A stretch of 64,000 bases of DNA from Candidatus Geocrenenecus huangii. Lineage in GTDB: Archaea; Thermoproteota; Nitrososphaeria_A; Caldarchaeales; Wolframiiraptoraceae. Location of the stretch: the NCBI GenBank assembly GCA_023254095.1, contig JALNLM010000001.1, positions 141,560 through 205,559 on the forward strand. Reading direction: 5' to 3'. Positions 28,916 to 38,709 of this stretch are shown piece by piece (positions within the stretch are counted from its first letter, which is position 1; the number at the start of each line of letters is the position of its first letter). Made by a program: the position numbers and the translations under genes. Under the pieces are notes generated by a model. The model searched no databases and had not been told where the DNA came from. It was given only the letters and a program-made list of their open reading frames with translations.

Positions 28916-30748
28916 ATGCATCATTCGAAGCTTGTCTTGATGGGGAATGAAGCAATAGCTTACGGTGCTCTTACGGCGGGTGTAGCCGTAGCCTCAGGAT
29001 ATCCTGGAACTCCGTCCAGCGAGGTTCTTGATACTCTCCTAGAACTCATAGCATCCGAAGAGGTTAGTAGACCATATGTTGAGTGGGCAGTGAATGAGAG
29101 AGTAGCCTTCGAGATCTGTCTAGGAGCATCACTCGCTGGTGCTCGTTCACTTGTAACTATGAAGGGTCCTGGACTGAATGTCGCCTCTGACCCTTTATTG
29201 TCTTCAGCTTATTCCGGTGTCGAAGCTGGGATGCTTATACTTGTAGCAGATGACCCTGGACCCCATACAACGCAGACCGAGCAGGATAGTAGATGGTATG
29301 GTGAATTAGCTAAGCTTCCTGTTATAGAGCCTTCAGATCCTCAGGAGGCATATGAATACACTATTGTAGGATACGAGCTAAGTGAAGAGATCAAGATGCC
29401 GGTCATCATGAGGACGACTACAAGAGTGAATCATACTGTAAGTGATGTAGAAGTAAGAGAATTTAAAGACCCAAGTTATACACCATCTTTCTCTAAAAAT
29501 CCTAAAAGGTACATTCGGGCCGTGATGGCCCTGAATAGAGAAAGACACGGTGAAGTATTAGAAACATTAGATAGTGTTGAGCCTCTCGCTGAGAAGTTTA
29601 GGTTATGCAGGGTTGAAGGCTCAGGAGAAGTCGGAATAGTTTGCTCAGGTGCAGTATACAATTACGTTTTAGAAGTGCTTGAGAAGAACGGTCTACTCTA
29701 TAAGTACAAGATATTGAAGCTCGGCTTAATTCACCCACTGCCTAGGAAGACCGTAGCAGAATTCTTGAAGGAAGTTAGCAATGTAATAGTAGTTGAAGAA
29801 ATAGACCCGTACCTAGAGATTAAGCTGAAAGCTTTAGCTCATGATGCAGAGCTGGACGTCAAGATAGCCGGAAGACAAGAACTGTTTCCAAGAGTAGGTG
29901 AGCTTACTCTAGATGATGTAGAATCTGTATTGCTCAGCGAAAAACCTAATTCCCACAAGGTTAATCTACCTAGCCGGCCTCCTCCACTATGCCCTGGATG
30001 TCCACATATCGGAACCTACATGGGCTTGAGGATGGGGATTTCCAGAGCGGGATACAGATGGGGAGAGATACCGATAATGGGCGATATAGGATGCTATGCG
30101 CTCGGTCTGAACCCTCCTTTCGAGGCCATCTGGACTGAGCATAGCATGGGTGCAAGCATATCTATGGCCATGGGGTTAAAGGTTGCAGGCTATCCGAAAC
30201 CAGTGGTAGCAGTTATAGGTGATAGCACTTTCTACCACTCTGGGATAACGTCCCTCATAGAAGCAGTCCACAAGAATGTAGACTTGCTCGTAGTAATAAT
30301 GGATAACTCTACAGTAGCTATGACTGGACATCAACCAACACCAGAATACGAGGAAAGCGTTAGCGGTAGAAGAATGAAGCCTCTGAGTCTAGAAAAAGTG
30401 GTTAGAGGGCTTGGAGCTGAAAAAATCGTGGTAGCTGACCCATACAAATACAAAGATTTCGTAGAGACAGTTAGAGAACTCATAAACCAGCCGGGATTAA
30501 AAGTTATAATCTCTAAGAGAGCATGCGCCATCCTAGCTAAGAAAACAGGGGTCGGTCAAGTCTGCTGGATAGACCCTGAAAAATGCACTAATTGTTTAGC
30601 ATGCGTAAAAACTACAGGATGCCCAGCTTTAACCCTTCTTGAAAAAAGAGTAGACATTATTGAGAGCGAATGCGTTGGATGTACATTATGTATGCAGGTA
30701 TGTCCATACAATGCTATACTCGTCAAAAAGAGGGGAGAGGTAAAGTAA
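28916..30748 (+). CDS. iorA: Indolepyruvate:ferredoxin oxidoreductase alpha subunit
   Basis: GNEAIA, YPGTPSSE, RPPPLCPGCPH, GDIGCY and TPP motif GDSTF..N; C-terminal 2x[4Fe-4S]. Confidence 0.95.
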   Translation: MHHSKLVLMGNEAIAYGALTAGVAVASGYPGTPSSEVLDTLLELIASEEVSRPYVEWAVNERVAFEICLGASLAGARSLVTMKGPGLNVASDPLLSSAYSGVEAGMLILVADDPGPHTTQTEQDSRWYGELAKLPVIEPSDPQEAYEYTIVGYELSEEIKMPVIMRTTTRVNHTVSDVEVREFKDPSYTPSFSKNPKRYIRAVMALNRERHGEVLETLDSVEPLAEKFRLCRVEGSGEVGIVCSGAVYNYVLEVLEKNGLLYKYKILKLGLIHPLPRKTVAEFLKEVSNVIVVEEIDPYLEIKLKALAHDAELDVKIAGRQELFPRVGELTLDDVESVLLSEKPNSHKVNLPSRPPPLCPGCPHIGTYMGLRMGISRAGYRWGEIPIMGDIGCYALGLNPPFEAIWTEHSMGASISMAMGLKVAGYPKPVVAVIGDSTFYHSGITSLIEAVHKNVDLLVVIMDNSTVAMTGHQPTPEYEESVSGRRMKPLSLEKVVRGLGAEKIVVADPYKYKDFVETVRELINQPGLKVIISKRACAILAKKTGVGQVCWIDPEKCTNCLACVKTTGCPALTLLEKRVDIIESECVGCTLCMQVCPYNAILVKKRGEVK

Positions 30749-31329
30749 TGATGAATGAATACTCTATCGTTATAGCTGGAGTAGGCGGACAAGGAGGGTT
30801 AACACTTTCGAGGATTATAGCTACTGCTGCCACTTTATCAGGTCTAAGCGTGAAGACCGGTGAAACACTTGGAATGGCTCAGAGAGGAGGAAGTGTTCAA
30901 AGCTATATAAAGATAGGGAAAAAGGTTAGAAGCCCATTGATAAGAAAAGATAGTGCAGATGCCTTGATTGGCTTAGAACCGCTAGAAGCCGTTCGTGCAC
31001 TAAGGTACATTGGTCCACAAACGAAGATCATACTAGATCCTGAGCCTGTTCCAACGATATTCAATCTAGTTGGAAGAGAAGATTATCCAAAGATTGAAGA
31101 TCTCTTAGGAAAACTCATGGAAAAAACTAGGCATCTATATATTGTTCAGGCTAGGAGGGAGGCAGAAGCATTGAATTCTAGACCCTCCGCAAACATGATA
31201 CTGCTAGGTAAGCTTTTCTCAATAAACGCTTTCCTACCATCCGATAAAATTGAAGAAGCCATAAGATTAGTCCTAAGACGAAAAGCCGATAAAGCCATTG
31301 CCGCGTACAAGAGAGGCGCAACTCTTTAA
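30748..31329 (+). CDS. iorB: Indolepyruvate:ferredoxin oxidoreductase beta subunit
   Basis: GVGGQG, GMAQRGGSV and EPLEA; the start is most likely ATG 30748, overlapping the iorA stop. Confidence 0.92.
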   Translation: MMNEYSIVIAGVGGQGGLTLSRIIATAATLSGLSVKTGETLGMAQRGGSVQSYIKIGKKVRSPLIRKDSADALIGLEPLEAVRALRYIGPQTKIILDPEPVPTIFNLVGREDYPKIEDLLGKLMEKTRHLYIVQARREAEALNSRPSANMILLGKLFSINAFLPSDKIEEAIRLVLRRKADKAIAAYKRGATL

Positions 31330-31426
31330 TTAGTTCCTCCTATGTTGAACCTGAGGTTATCCAATTTAGACTAGCACTAGCTTTGTAAAATAATCCTTAT
31401 TAGTTTCATGCTGTATAAAGTCGTCG

Positions 31427-33775
31427 ATGAGCTCAACAGCAGTTCTACAAGCCCAGAAAGATGAATACGACATTCTTCGAGAATGGATGAAAGCTAGAGA
31501 ATTCATATATGTCGGAAGAGAAGTTAAGAGGATAGATGCTTTAGAGAAGGTTCTAGGTAAGTCTAAGTATGTTGAAGACCATCTTGTAGAGGGTCTAACG
31601 TATGCTAGGATAGTGAAGAGCAGCATCCCTCACGGCATTATACAATCTATCAAGCCTGGAAGAGCAGTTGATCATCCTGACTTCATAGCTCTAGTAACAA
31701 GTGAAGACGTTCCAGGACTAAATCAGGTAGGATACTATATCCCTGACCAGCCTGCATTAGCTGAGAGAAAGGTAAGATTCTACGGAGAACCCGTAGCGCT
31801 CATCGTCGCATCAAAAACACGTTCCGCTGAAGAACTGAGAGAATTAGTTGAAGTAGAGATTAAACCATTGGAAGCTGTCTTCGACCCCTTTGAAGCATTA
31901 AAAGATAGAGTACTGGTGCACGAAGAGCATGGTAGCAACATCGTCCTGAGGACTAGGGTAAGGAAAGGAGATGCCGCAAAAGCTCTACAAGAATCAGACT
32001 ATGTCGTCGAGAATGTTTATAGAGCCGGCCACCAAGATCATGCATACCTTGAAACTGAGGGGGCCCTCGCCATACCGATGGATGGCGGGATGACCTTGAT
32101 CCTTCCATGCCAGTATCCACATCTTGCTCAATCAATAATCTCGAGGGTCTTAGGAGTACCTCAGAGCAAGATTCGGATCATACAGCCAGTCGTAGGTGGA
32201 GGATTCGGTGGAAAAGACGACATGATCCCAATAGTGGGTGCACAGGCAGCTATAGCTGCATACAAAGTTCGTAGACCAGTATTGTTGACATATACTAGAG
32301 AGGATAGCTTCACAAGTCATTGTAAACGTGACCCGGCATACATAAGGTATAGAAGCGGCGCAAACAAAGATGGAAGACTTACAGTAGTAGATGTTGACAT
32401 AATATTTGATGCTGGAGCATACGCTAACCGCGGCCCCTTCACTCTGTGGAGGGCTACTGCTCATTCTACTGGGCCATACGAAGTACCTAATGTTGATGCT
32501 AGAGGGACGCTCGTCTACACGAACAAGATCTATCAGGGAAGTTTCAGAGGCTTCGGGAACCCCCAGATACAGTTTGCCGCAGAAAGACAGATGGATGAAT
32601 TAGCTGAAAAGATTGGGTTGGACCCCGTAGAGTTTAGATTGAAAAACATTCTGAGACCTGGTAGTAGAACTTCAACTAACCAGTTACTAGAAGACAGCGT
32701 CGGTGTAGGTGAAGCTTTAGCGAGAGTCGCCGAGAAATGTGACTGGCGTGAGAAGAGGAGAAATTATGGCAAGATCGTTGATGGAAAAGCAAGGGGGATA
32801 GGTGTAGCATGCGCATGGCATGGGATCAGTACTAGTAGAGGAGTCCCAGATTGGTGTAATGCATACATAAATGTTGGAAAAGATGGAGGCGTGGTAATAT
32901 ATACTGGGATTGTGGAGATAGGTCAAGGAAGTCATACTGGATTGATCCAGATAGCTGCAGAGGTTTTGGGGATACCACCCGAGAAGATAAACCTGGTTGG
33001 TGGAACAAGTGATGCACCAGATACTGGAGCGACACATGGATCTAGAGGGTTAAGCTTCGGGGGCACCGCCATACTTATAGCTGCATCAAAAATTAGAAAG
33101 AGTGTACAGAGAGTTGCTTCGAGAATTCTCGAATGTTCTCCCGAAGATATTGAGATGAAAGATGGGTGGGTGTATAGTAGGAGTAAACCTGAGAAGAAGA
33201 TTACTTGGGAGGAGGCTGTCAAGAGATGTTATGCTGAGGGAGAAGAGATGACCGCTACAGGATACTTTTTCATGCCTAAAGGTAGATTTGATGAAGAAAA
33301 AGGACAAGGATTCGCATACATCGTCTTCAGCTACATGGTTGTCGCAGCTGAAGTCGAGGTGGACGTAGAGACTGGCTTAACGAGGGTGTTGAAAGTTTGG
33401 CCCGCTATATGTGCAGGAAAGATAATAAACCCGAAGCTCGCCACAACCCAGATAAATGGAGCCATCATGCAGGGAATAGGATATACGTTGATGGAGGAGG
33501 TAAAGATTGAAGATGGAAGAATACTGAACCCTAACTTTACAGATTACCTCGTCCCAACAATCGCAGACCTACCAGAGATAGAAGAACCGATATTCGTAGA
33601 AGACTACTTCAAGTTTGGTCCATTCGGAGCGAAAGGATTGGCTGAGATGGCTTTGATACCGATTCCAGCGGCTATAGCTAATGCTATCAAGAATGCAGTC
33701 GGAGTTGGACCTTTAGAGATACCGTATACTTCTGAGAAACTCTTCGAGAATTTGTCTAGAAGGGGGAGGAGATGA
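31427..33775 (+). CDS. Second xanthine dehydrogenase family molybdopterin-binding subunit
   Basis: HAYLETE, GGGFGGK, GSFRGFGNPQ, EIGQG and GPFGAKGLAE. Confidence 0.93.
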   Translation: MSSTAVLQAQKDEYDILREWMKAREFIYVGREVKRIDALEKVLGKSKYVEDHLVEGLTYARIVKSSIPHGIIQSIKPGRAVDHPDFIALVTSEDVPGLNQVGYYIPDQPALAERKVRFYGEPVALIVASKTRSAEELRELVEVEIKPLEAVFDPFEALKDRVLVHEEHGSNIVLRTRVRKGDAAKALQESDYVVENVYRAGHQDHAYLETEGALAIPMDGGMTLILPCQYPHLAQSIISRVLGVPQSKIRIIQPVVGGGFGGKDDMIPIVGAQAAIAAYKVRRPVLLTYTREDSFTSHCKRDPAYIRYRSGANKDGRLTVVDVDIIFDAGAYANRGPFTLWRATAHSTGPYEVPNVDARGTLVYTNKIYQGSFRGFGNPQIQFAAERQMDELAEKIGLDPVEFRLKNILRPGSRTSTNQLLEDSVGVGEALARVAEKCDWREKRRNYGKIVDGKARGIGVACAWHGISTSRGVPDWCNAYINVGKDGGVVIYTGIVEIGQGSHTGLIQIAAEVLGIPPEKINLVGGTSDAPDTGATHGSRGLSFGGTAILIAASKIRKSVQRVASRILECSPEDIEMKDGWVYSRSKPEKKITWEEAVKRCYAEGEEMTATGYFFMPKGRFDEEKGQGFAYIVFSYMVVAAEVEVDVETGLTRVLKVWPAICAGKIINPKLATTQINGAIMQGIGYTLMEEVKIEDGRILNPNFTDYLVPTIADLPEIEEPIFVEDYFKFGPFGAKGLAEMALIPIPAAIANAIKNAVGVGPLEIPYTSEKLFENLSRRGRR

Positions 33776-34638
33776 TCCCGAAAGTAGAGTATTACAGGTT
33801 TAAAGCTCTCGACGATGCATTAAGGTTTCTGAGGCAATATCCCGGCTCTAAGATACTGGCTGGAGGAACAGACCTAGTTGTACAGTTGAGATCGGGAAAA
33901 ACGGCCGCCAGAAAATTAGTCGACATCTCCGGAATAGATGAATTAAGGTATATTCGAGATGAAGATGGATACATTAGGATAGGCGCTTTAACAACAATAG
34001 AAGAATTAAAGAATAGCGAGACCGTTAGAGACCATGCTCAACTTTTATGGAAGGCGGCAAACAATTTCGCTGTCTGGCAGATTAGAAATATAGCGACTAT
34101 CGGAGGCAACATATGTAATGCTTCTCCAGCAGCTGATACCGTTCCACCATTGATAGTCCTGAATGCAAGACTTAGACTTCAAAACGTCGACCGACAAAGA
34201 GAGATCAAGGTGGAGGAATTCTTTAAAGGTCCGGGAGAAACAGTCATGGAAAAAGATGAAATCTTAACTGAAATAGTGATACCCAAGAAAGATAGTGGCT
34301 GGAGATACAGCTTCATCAAGCTTGGAAAAAGACATAGCCATATTCTAAGTATCGTAAACGTGGCCGTAGGTCTAAAAACATATAAAGACATGATAGAGGA
34401 TGTCATTGTAGCTTTGGGAAGCGTGGCCCCCACGCCTGTCAGAGCTAGAAGCGTAGAAGATTACTTGAAAAATCACCGTATAACGAGAACAAGATTAGAA
34501 GAGGCATCACAACAAGTTGTAAAAGACATTAAGCCTATCTCTGACATAAGAGCCTCAGCAGAGTATAGAATAGAGATGTCGAAGATATTGGTGAGAAGAG
34601 CATTAAACGAATGTCTAAAAAACGTGTTTACAACTTAA
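33772..34638 (+). CDS. Xanthine dehydrogenase family FAD-binding subunit
   Basis: AGGTDL, QIRNIATIGGNICNASPAADT and DIRASAEYR. Confidence 0.93.
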   Translation: MIPKVEYYRFKALDDALRFLRQYPGSKILAGGTDLVVQLRSGKTAARKLVDISGIDELRYIRDEDGYIRIGALTTIEELKNSETVRDHAQLLWKAANNFAVWQIRNIATIGGNICNASPAADTVPPLIVLNARLRLQNVDRQREIKVEEFFKGPGETVMEKDEILTEIVIPKKDSGWRYSFIKLGKRHSHILSIVNVAVGLKTYKDMIEDVIVALGSVAPTPVRARSVEDYLKNHRITRTRLEEASQQVVKDIKPISDIRASAEYRIEMSKILVRRALNECLKNVFTT

Positions 34639-34702
34639 TGAATTTAGGACATGGACATTAATTAAACAGGAGAAAACGCTATGTATTTAAGTAGGGAATA
34701 AC

Positions 34703-35188
34703 ATGACTAGCTCGATGGGTAGCAGTGAAAAAGAAGTAGAGAAGAATGTAGAAGAGTCGAAGCAAGCTACTGGAGCCGCTATCCCTGCTCCACCCACTAA
34801 GAAAACCCTAAAATGGGGTATCGTCCACATATACTCCAGCTACAACAACATCTTAGTACATGTCACGGATCTTACGGGTGCTGAAACGATCGCTAAGGCT
34901 TCAGGCGGAATGTTTGTAGATGCTGGTAGACTCGAACCAACACCATACGCAGCTACTAGAGCAGCATCATATGTTATGGAGATCGCTAAAGCCAAGGGGA
35001 TAAACGCTGTACACATAAAGGTTCGAGCACCTGGCGGAGTCAAAGCTAGAACTCCTGGTCCTGGAACCCAAGCCGCTATTAGGGCCATAGCTAGGTCGGG
35101 TGTAATGATAGGCAGGATAGAAGACGTAACCCCGATACCGCATGACTCAGTAAGAAAGAAGGGTGGAAGAAGGGGAAGAAGAGTCTAA
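34703..35188 (+). CDS. rps11: 30S ribosomal protein S11 (uS11)
   Basis: [16 protein letters not shown] and [21 protein letters not shown]. Confidence 0.97.
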   Translation: MTSSMGSSEKEVEKNVEESKQATGAAIPAPPTKKTLKWGIVHIYSSYNNILVHVTDLTGAETIAKASGGMFVDAGRLEPTPYAATRAASYVMEIAKAKGINAVHIKVRAPGGVKARTPGPGTQAAIRAIARSGVMIGRIEDVTPIPHDSVRKKGGRRGRRV

Positions 35189-35281
35189 AACAGATCAATC
35201 ACCTATAAAAAATATCCTGTATTCGAAGTCTTTAATGAAGCATGCTAAACTTTTTAGGGCTACAACTATCTACTCTTAGTT

Positions 35282-36259
35282 GTGTCGGAGGAGGAGTTCT
35301 ACATCGGAGTAGATCTAGGGGCCACAAATATAAGAGCCGCGTTAGCCGATTCTTCTAGTAGAATTCATAGAAAGATAAGAGAACGAACTATTAGAAATTG
35401 TTCAGGGGAGAAGCTGGTTCAGCAAATCTGTAAACTTATAAGAAAGATTGGGGAAGAAGAATTAGATAAAGTCCGAGCAATAGGGGTAGGCACTATCGGC
35501 CCACTAGATTACCGGAGGGGAGTTTTACTTAATCCTGCGAACCTTCCTGCAGGGGAAGTCCCTCTAGAAGAGTCGCTGAGAAAAGAATTCATGGTTCCAG
35601 TGTATGTTCTAAATGATTGTACTACAGCTGTACTAGGCGAGAAGAAATTCGGTTTAGGGAAAAGCTTGGACAACATCTTCTACGTGACATTGAGTTCAGG
35701 TATAGGTGGAGGGGCTATAGTTGATGGAAACCTACTCGTAGGGAAGGATGGAAATGCTGTTGAAATAGGTCATATGGTTGTGGATGTTGATGGCAGGATG
35801 AAGTGTGGATGTGGAGGTAGAGGACACTGGGAAGCATACTGTTCTGGAAAGAATATTCCATCATTCGTTAAATACCTAGTCGAAACGTACCCACGCGAGT
35901 TCTCGAGCGAGAAGATCCGGAGACTAATCGAAGATAATACTCTAACATCACAGAATCTTTTCCAGCTGGCTAGAGAAGGAGACGAATATGCTTTAAAACT
36001 AGTTAAAGAGATAGGGAGAATTAATGCTATAGGGTTCGCGAATATTAATACAATCTTCGACCCAGAACTGATTACGGTTGGAGGAGCTGTAGCTCTTCAT
36101 AACCGGGAACTCATCATCGAGCCCATAGTTGGTTTAATAAGACAATATACGATAAACAGGGTTCCAGCAATAAAGATAACCACTCTCGGTGATGACATTG
36201 TACTATATGGTGCGATAGCTCTAGCAATGGATCCGCCTAAGATTTTAACTTGGAGATAG
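35282..36259 (+). CDS. ROK family sugar kinase (ATP-dependent glucokinase-like)
   Basis: GVDLGAT, LND, SSGIGGG, EIGH and CGCGGRGHWEAY. Confidence 0.9.
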   Translation: MSEEEFYIGVDLGATNIRAALADSSSRIHRKIRERTIRNCSGEKLVQQICKLIRKIGEEELDKVRAIGVGTIGPLDYRRGVLLNPANLPAGEVPLEESLRKEFMVPVYVLNDCTTAVLGEKKFGLGKSLDNIFYVTLSSGIGGGAIVDGNLLVGKDGNAVEIGHMVVDVDGRMKCGCGGRGHWEAYCSGKNIPSFVKYLVETYPREFSSEKIRRLIEDNTLTSQNLFQLAREGDEYALKLVKEIGRINAIGFANINTIFDPELITVGGAVALHNRELIIEPIVGLIRQYTINRVPAIKITTLGDDIVLYGAIALAMDPPKILTWR

Positions 36260-36324
36260 CTGAAAACCAGCAATCACAGATTTAGAAATAATAGTTAATT
36301 ATAGATGTATCGAATGTAATTGGT

Positions 36325-36615
36325 ATGAGTTTAGCGTATTTTCAGAAACTTATGGCTGAGACTTATCTGGAAAGAGACTTGAAGAGGGGGGCTGATAAGA
36401 CACTTTTATGGATGATGAGTGAGGCAGGAGAAGTTGCAGACGCATTCTTGAAGAAAGATCTTGAACAGCTCAAGAATGAGGTATCAGACCTCCTCGCATG
36501 GCTTCTAAGTTTTTGTAACGTTGCGGGGATAGACCTTGAAGATGCATTCCTAGAGAAGTATGGTCGAGGATGCCCACAATGCGGGATGAAGCCATGTACT
36601 TGCAACTTCAGGTAA
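36325..36615 (+). CDS. MazG-like nucleotide pyrophosphohydrolase
   Basis: EAGEVA, EVSDLLAW and KY...CPQC...CTC. Confidence 0.88.
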   Translation: MSLAYFQKLMAETYLERDLKRGADKTLLWMMSEAGEVADAFLKKDLEQLKNEVSDLLAWLLSFCNVAGIDLEDAFLEKYGRGCPQCGMKPCTCNFR

Positions 36616-36702
36616 AGGAGACGAACAGCGTCTTCATGATAAAGTTTCAAAGATAACGTAGGGATAATCTTAAGAACGAGTATATGTAATATTTCCTAGG
36701 GT

Positions 36703-37953
36703 TTGCCGATACTCCTGCATTATTCTAGGATGGGGAGAAGTGAGATAAGTCTTGAAAGGAAGATTGATTGCCCAGTATGCCTAGGTGATTTCAAGAATTG
36801 CAGGCTCGAGAAGTGCCCTTATCTGAAAGATGTCAGAGACTTGTTGCTAAAAATTTCTAAGGTGAAGATTATCCATGGTTCCTCACCTCCTTCCACACTC
36901 GTAGGTTCATGGGGCTACCCGAAGGTGAATCTCGGCCCCCTCCTATCTCCAACCCTAGAATACGTGGGATTGATGGAGAAGTACGAGCACTGGCTGGATA
37001 TACCTTTAGAGAAGATATTATCAATGCGGTTAAGTCTAGTTTATGGTAGAAAAACTATAACGGTAGATGATGCTCGTAACCCAGGTAAACTACTCGAGAC
37101 AATACAAGAAATCGCTCTATCACATGAACCAGTCGGCGTAGAAATGTTCTTGGAGAAGGAGCCTCGAGTTAGCTTAAACCTTTCTGTGAGAACAAGCCCC
37201 GTAGGCCCAACGGCGGTTCTGGATAAGATACAGTTATCTGAGAATCCTTCAACTTTATACATTGTTGAGAAGATCGTTTCAGACACGGACCTCAAAGCAG
37301 GCGAAGCAATAGAGAGACTCTACCTTAATGGTGTCCCCGAATACGGTATAACCAGACTTCTTTCTCTCGGCATGATCGGGACAAAAGATCGGAGAAGGAT
37401 TGTACCGACGGAATGGAGCATTACTGCAGTAGACGACGTTCTAGGCAAGAAATTCAGAAAACATGTAAAAACATATGAATGGATTACAGACTACCAAGTA
37501 TACTTCTTTGAAGCCCACTACAATAAAGTGGTCATGTTGATGATGCCTGGACCATGGAGTTTCGAACTCATAGAGATATGGAGGAGGCTGGGAGGATTCA
37601 AGATCTACATCGATTCTGAACTTCCAGGAGAAAAAGACAGGTATCCAGAAAACGTTGGAGGCGCATACCATGCTATCAGGCTGCCGATCTTGGAGAAACT
37701 ATATAGAGATAAGAGGCAGGCTTCCGTCCTTGTCCTTGCAGAAATATACGAAGGCTGGATACCTCTAGGAGTCTGGAGGTTCAGAGAGATATCTAGAAGA
37801 GCCTTAAAGTGTCCTCCTAGAAAATTCAGCACGTTACGGGAGGCTCTAGATGAAGTAGAGAAAATAATTCTTACGGATAAAAGATATTGGAAGCGTCTAT
37901 CGAGGATTTTAGAATTTCATGAATTTCAAGAAGACATTACAGATTTCTTATGA
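36703..37953 (+). CDS. Nre family DNA repair protein (PCNA-interacting)
   Basis: N-terminal CxxC..C..CP, GSSPPS..VG..GYP, VPTEWSITAVD and PLGVW; C-terminal PIP box QEDITDFL. Confidence 0.88.
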   Translation: MPILLHYSRMGRSEISLERKIDCPVCLGDFKNCRLEKCPYLKDVRDLLLKISKVKIIHGSSPPSTLVGSWGYPKVNLGPLLSPTLEYVGLMEKYEHWLDIPLEKILSMRLSLVYGRKTITVDDARNPGKLLETIQEIALSHEPVGVEMFLEKEPRVSLNLSVRTSPVGPTAVLDKIQLSENPSTLYIVEKIVSDTDLKAGEAIERLYLNGVPEYGITRLLSLGMIGTKDRRRIVPTEWSITAVDDVLGKKFRKHVKTYEWITDYQVYFFEAHYNKVVMLMMPGPWSFELIEIWRRLGGFKIYIDSELPGEKDRYPENVGGAYHAIRLPILEKLYRDKRQASVLVLAEIYEGWIPLGVWRFREISRRALKCPPRKFSTLREALDEVEKIILTDKRYWKRLSRILEFHEFQEDITDFL

Positions 37954-38026
37954 TTATATGGCTCAATTTACGCATGTCTTTGTTATATAATAAGAGATAT
38001 AAATATCAATGCTATAGCTTAATAAC

Positions 38027-38647
38027 ATGCCTGAAACGTTGCCTAGATTTTATAGTCTTCCAAGCCTACCGTATAGTTATAAGTCGCTTGAACCATATAT
38101 CTCAGAACAGCAGCTAACCATACATCACCAGAAACATCACCAAGCATATGTAACCACGGCTAACCAGTTATTGGAGAAACTTGATAAAGCTAGAAAAGAG
38201 AATGCAGACATAGATATGAGAGCTACTTTGAAAGCATTATCATTCAACATCGGTGGCCACATACTCCATTCCCTATACTGGGAGAACATGGCCCCTCCGG
38301 GGAAAGGCGGAGGAAAACCAGGCGGGGTTCTCGCAGATAGAATTGAGAAAGAATTTGGAAGTTTCGAGAGATTTAAGAAAGAACTTAATGAGACCGCTAT
38401 GAGCGTGGAGGGGTCCGGGTGGGCTGCCCTAACATTATGTAGGCAGACAGATAGACTAATACCTATGCAGATAGAGAAACATAACACTAATGTCTACCCA
38501 ATGTTTAGAATACTGTTCGTCGTAGATGTCTTCGAGCATGCCTACTACATTGACTACAAGAACAATAGGGGAGAGTATCTAGATAAGTTCTGGAACATCG
38601 TAAACTGGGACGAAGTAGATAATCGTCTTCAAAAAGCATTGAAGTAG
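38027..38647 (+). CDS. sod: Fe/Mn superoxide dismutase
   Basis: [19 protein letters not shown] and DVFEHAYY. Confidence 0.97.
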   Translation: MPETLPRFYSLPSLPYSYKSLEPYISEQQLTIHHQKHHQAYVTTANQLLEKLDKARKENADIDMRATLKALSFNIGGHILHSLYWENMAPPGKGGGKPGGVLADRIEKEFGSFERFKKELNETAMSVEGSGWAALTLCRQTDRLIPMQIEKHNTNVYPMFRILFVVDVFEHAYYIDYKNNRGEYLDKFWNIVNWDEVDNRLQKALK

Positions 38648-38709
38648 AGCAGATGCCTGGGAAAAAATAAAACAAAATATTTTTTAATAATTTCAACAGA
38701 GCATTTAAT

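Noticed and set aside
30670-30747. Long iorB start from the ORF track
   Set aside because: It overlaps the iorA ferredoxin domain; ATG 30748 gives a typical coupled start.
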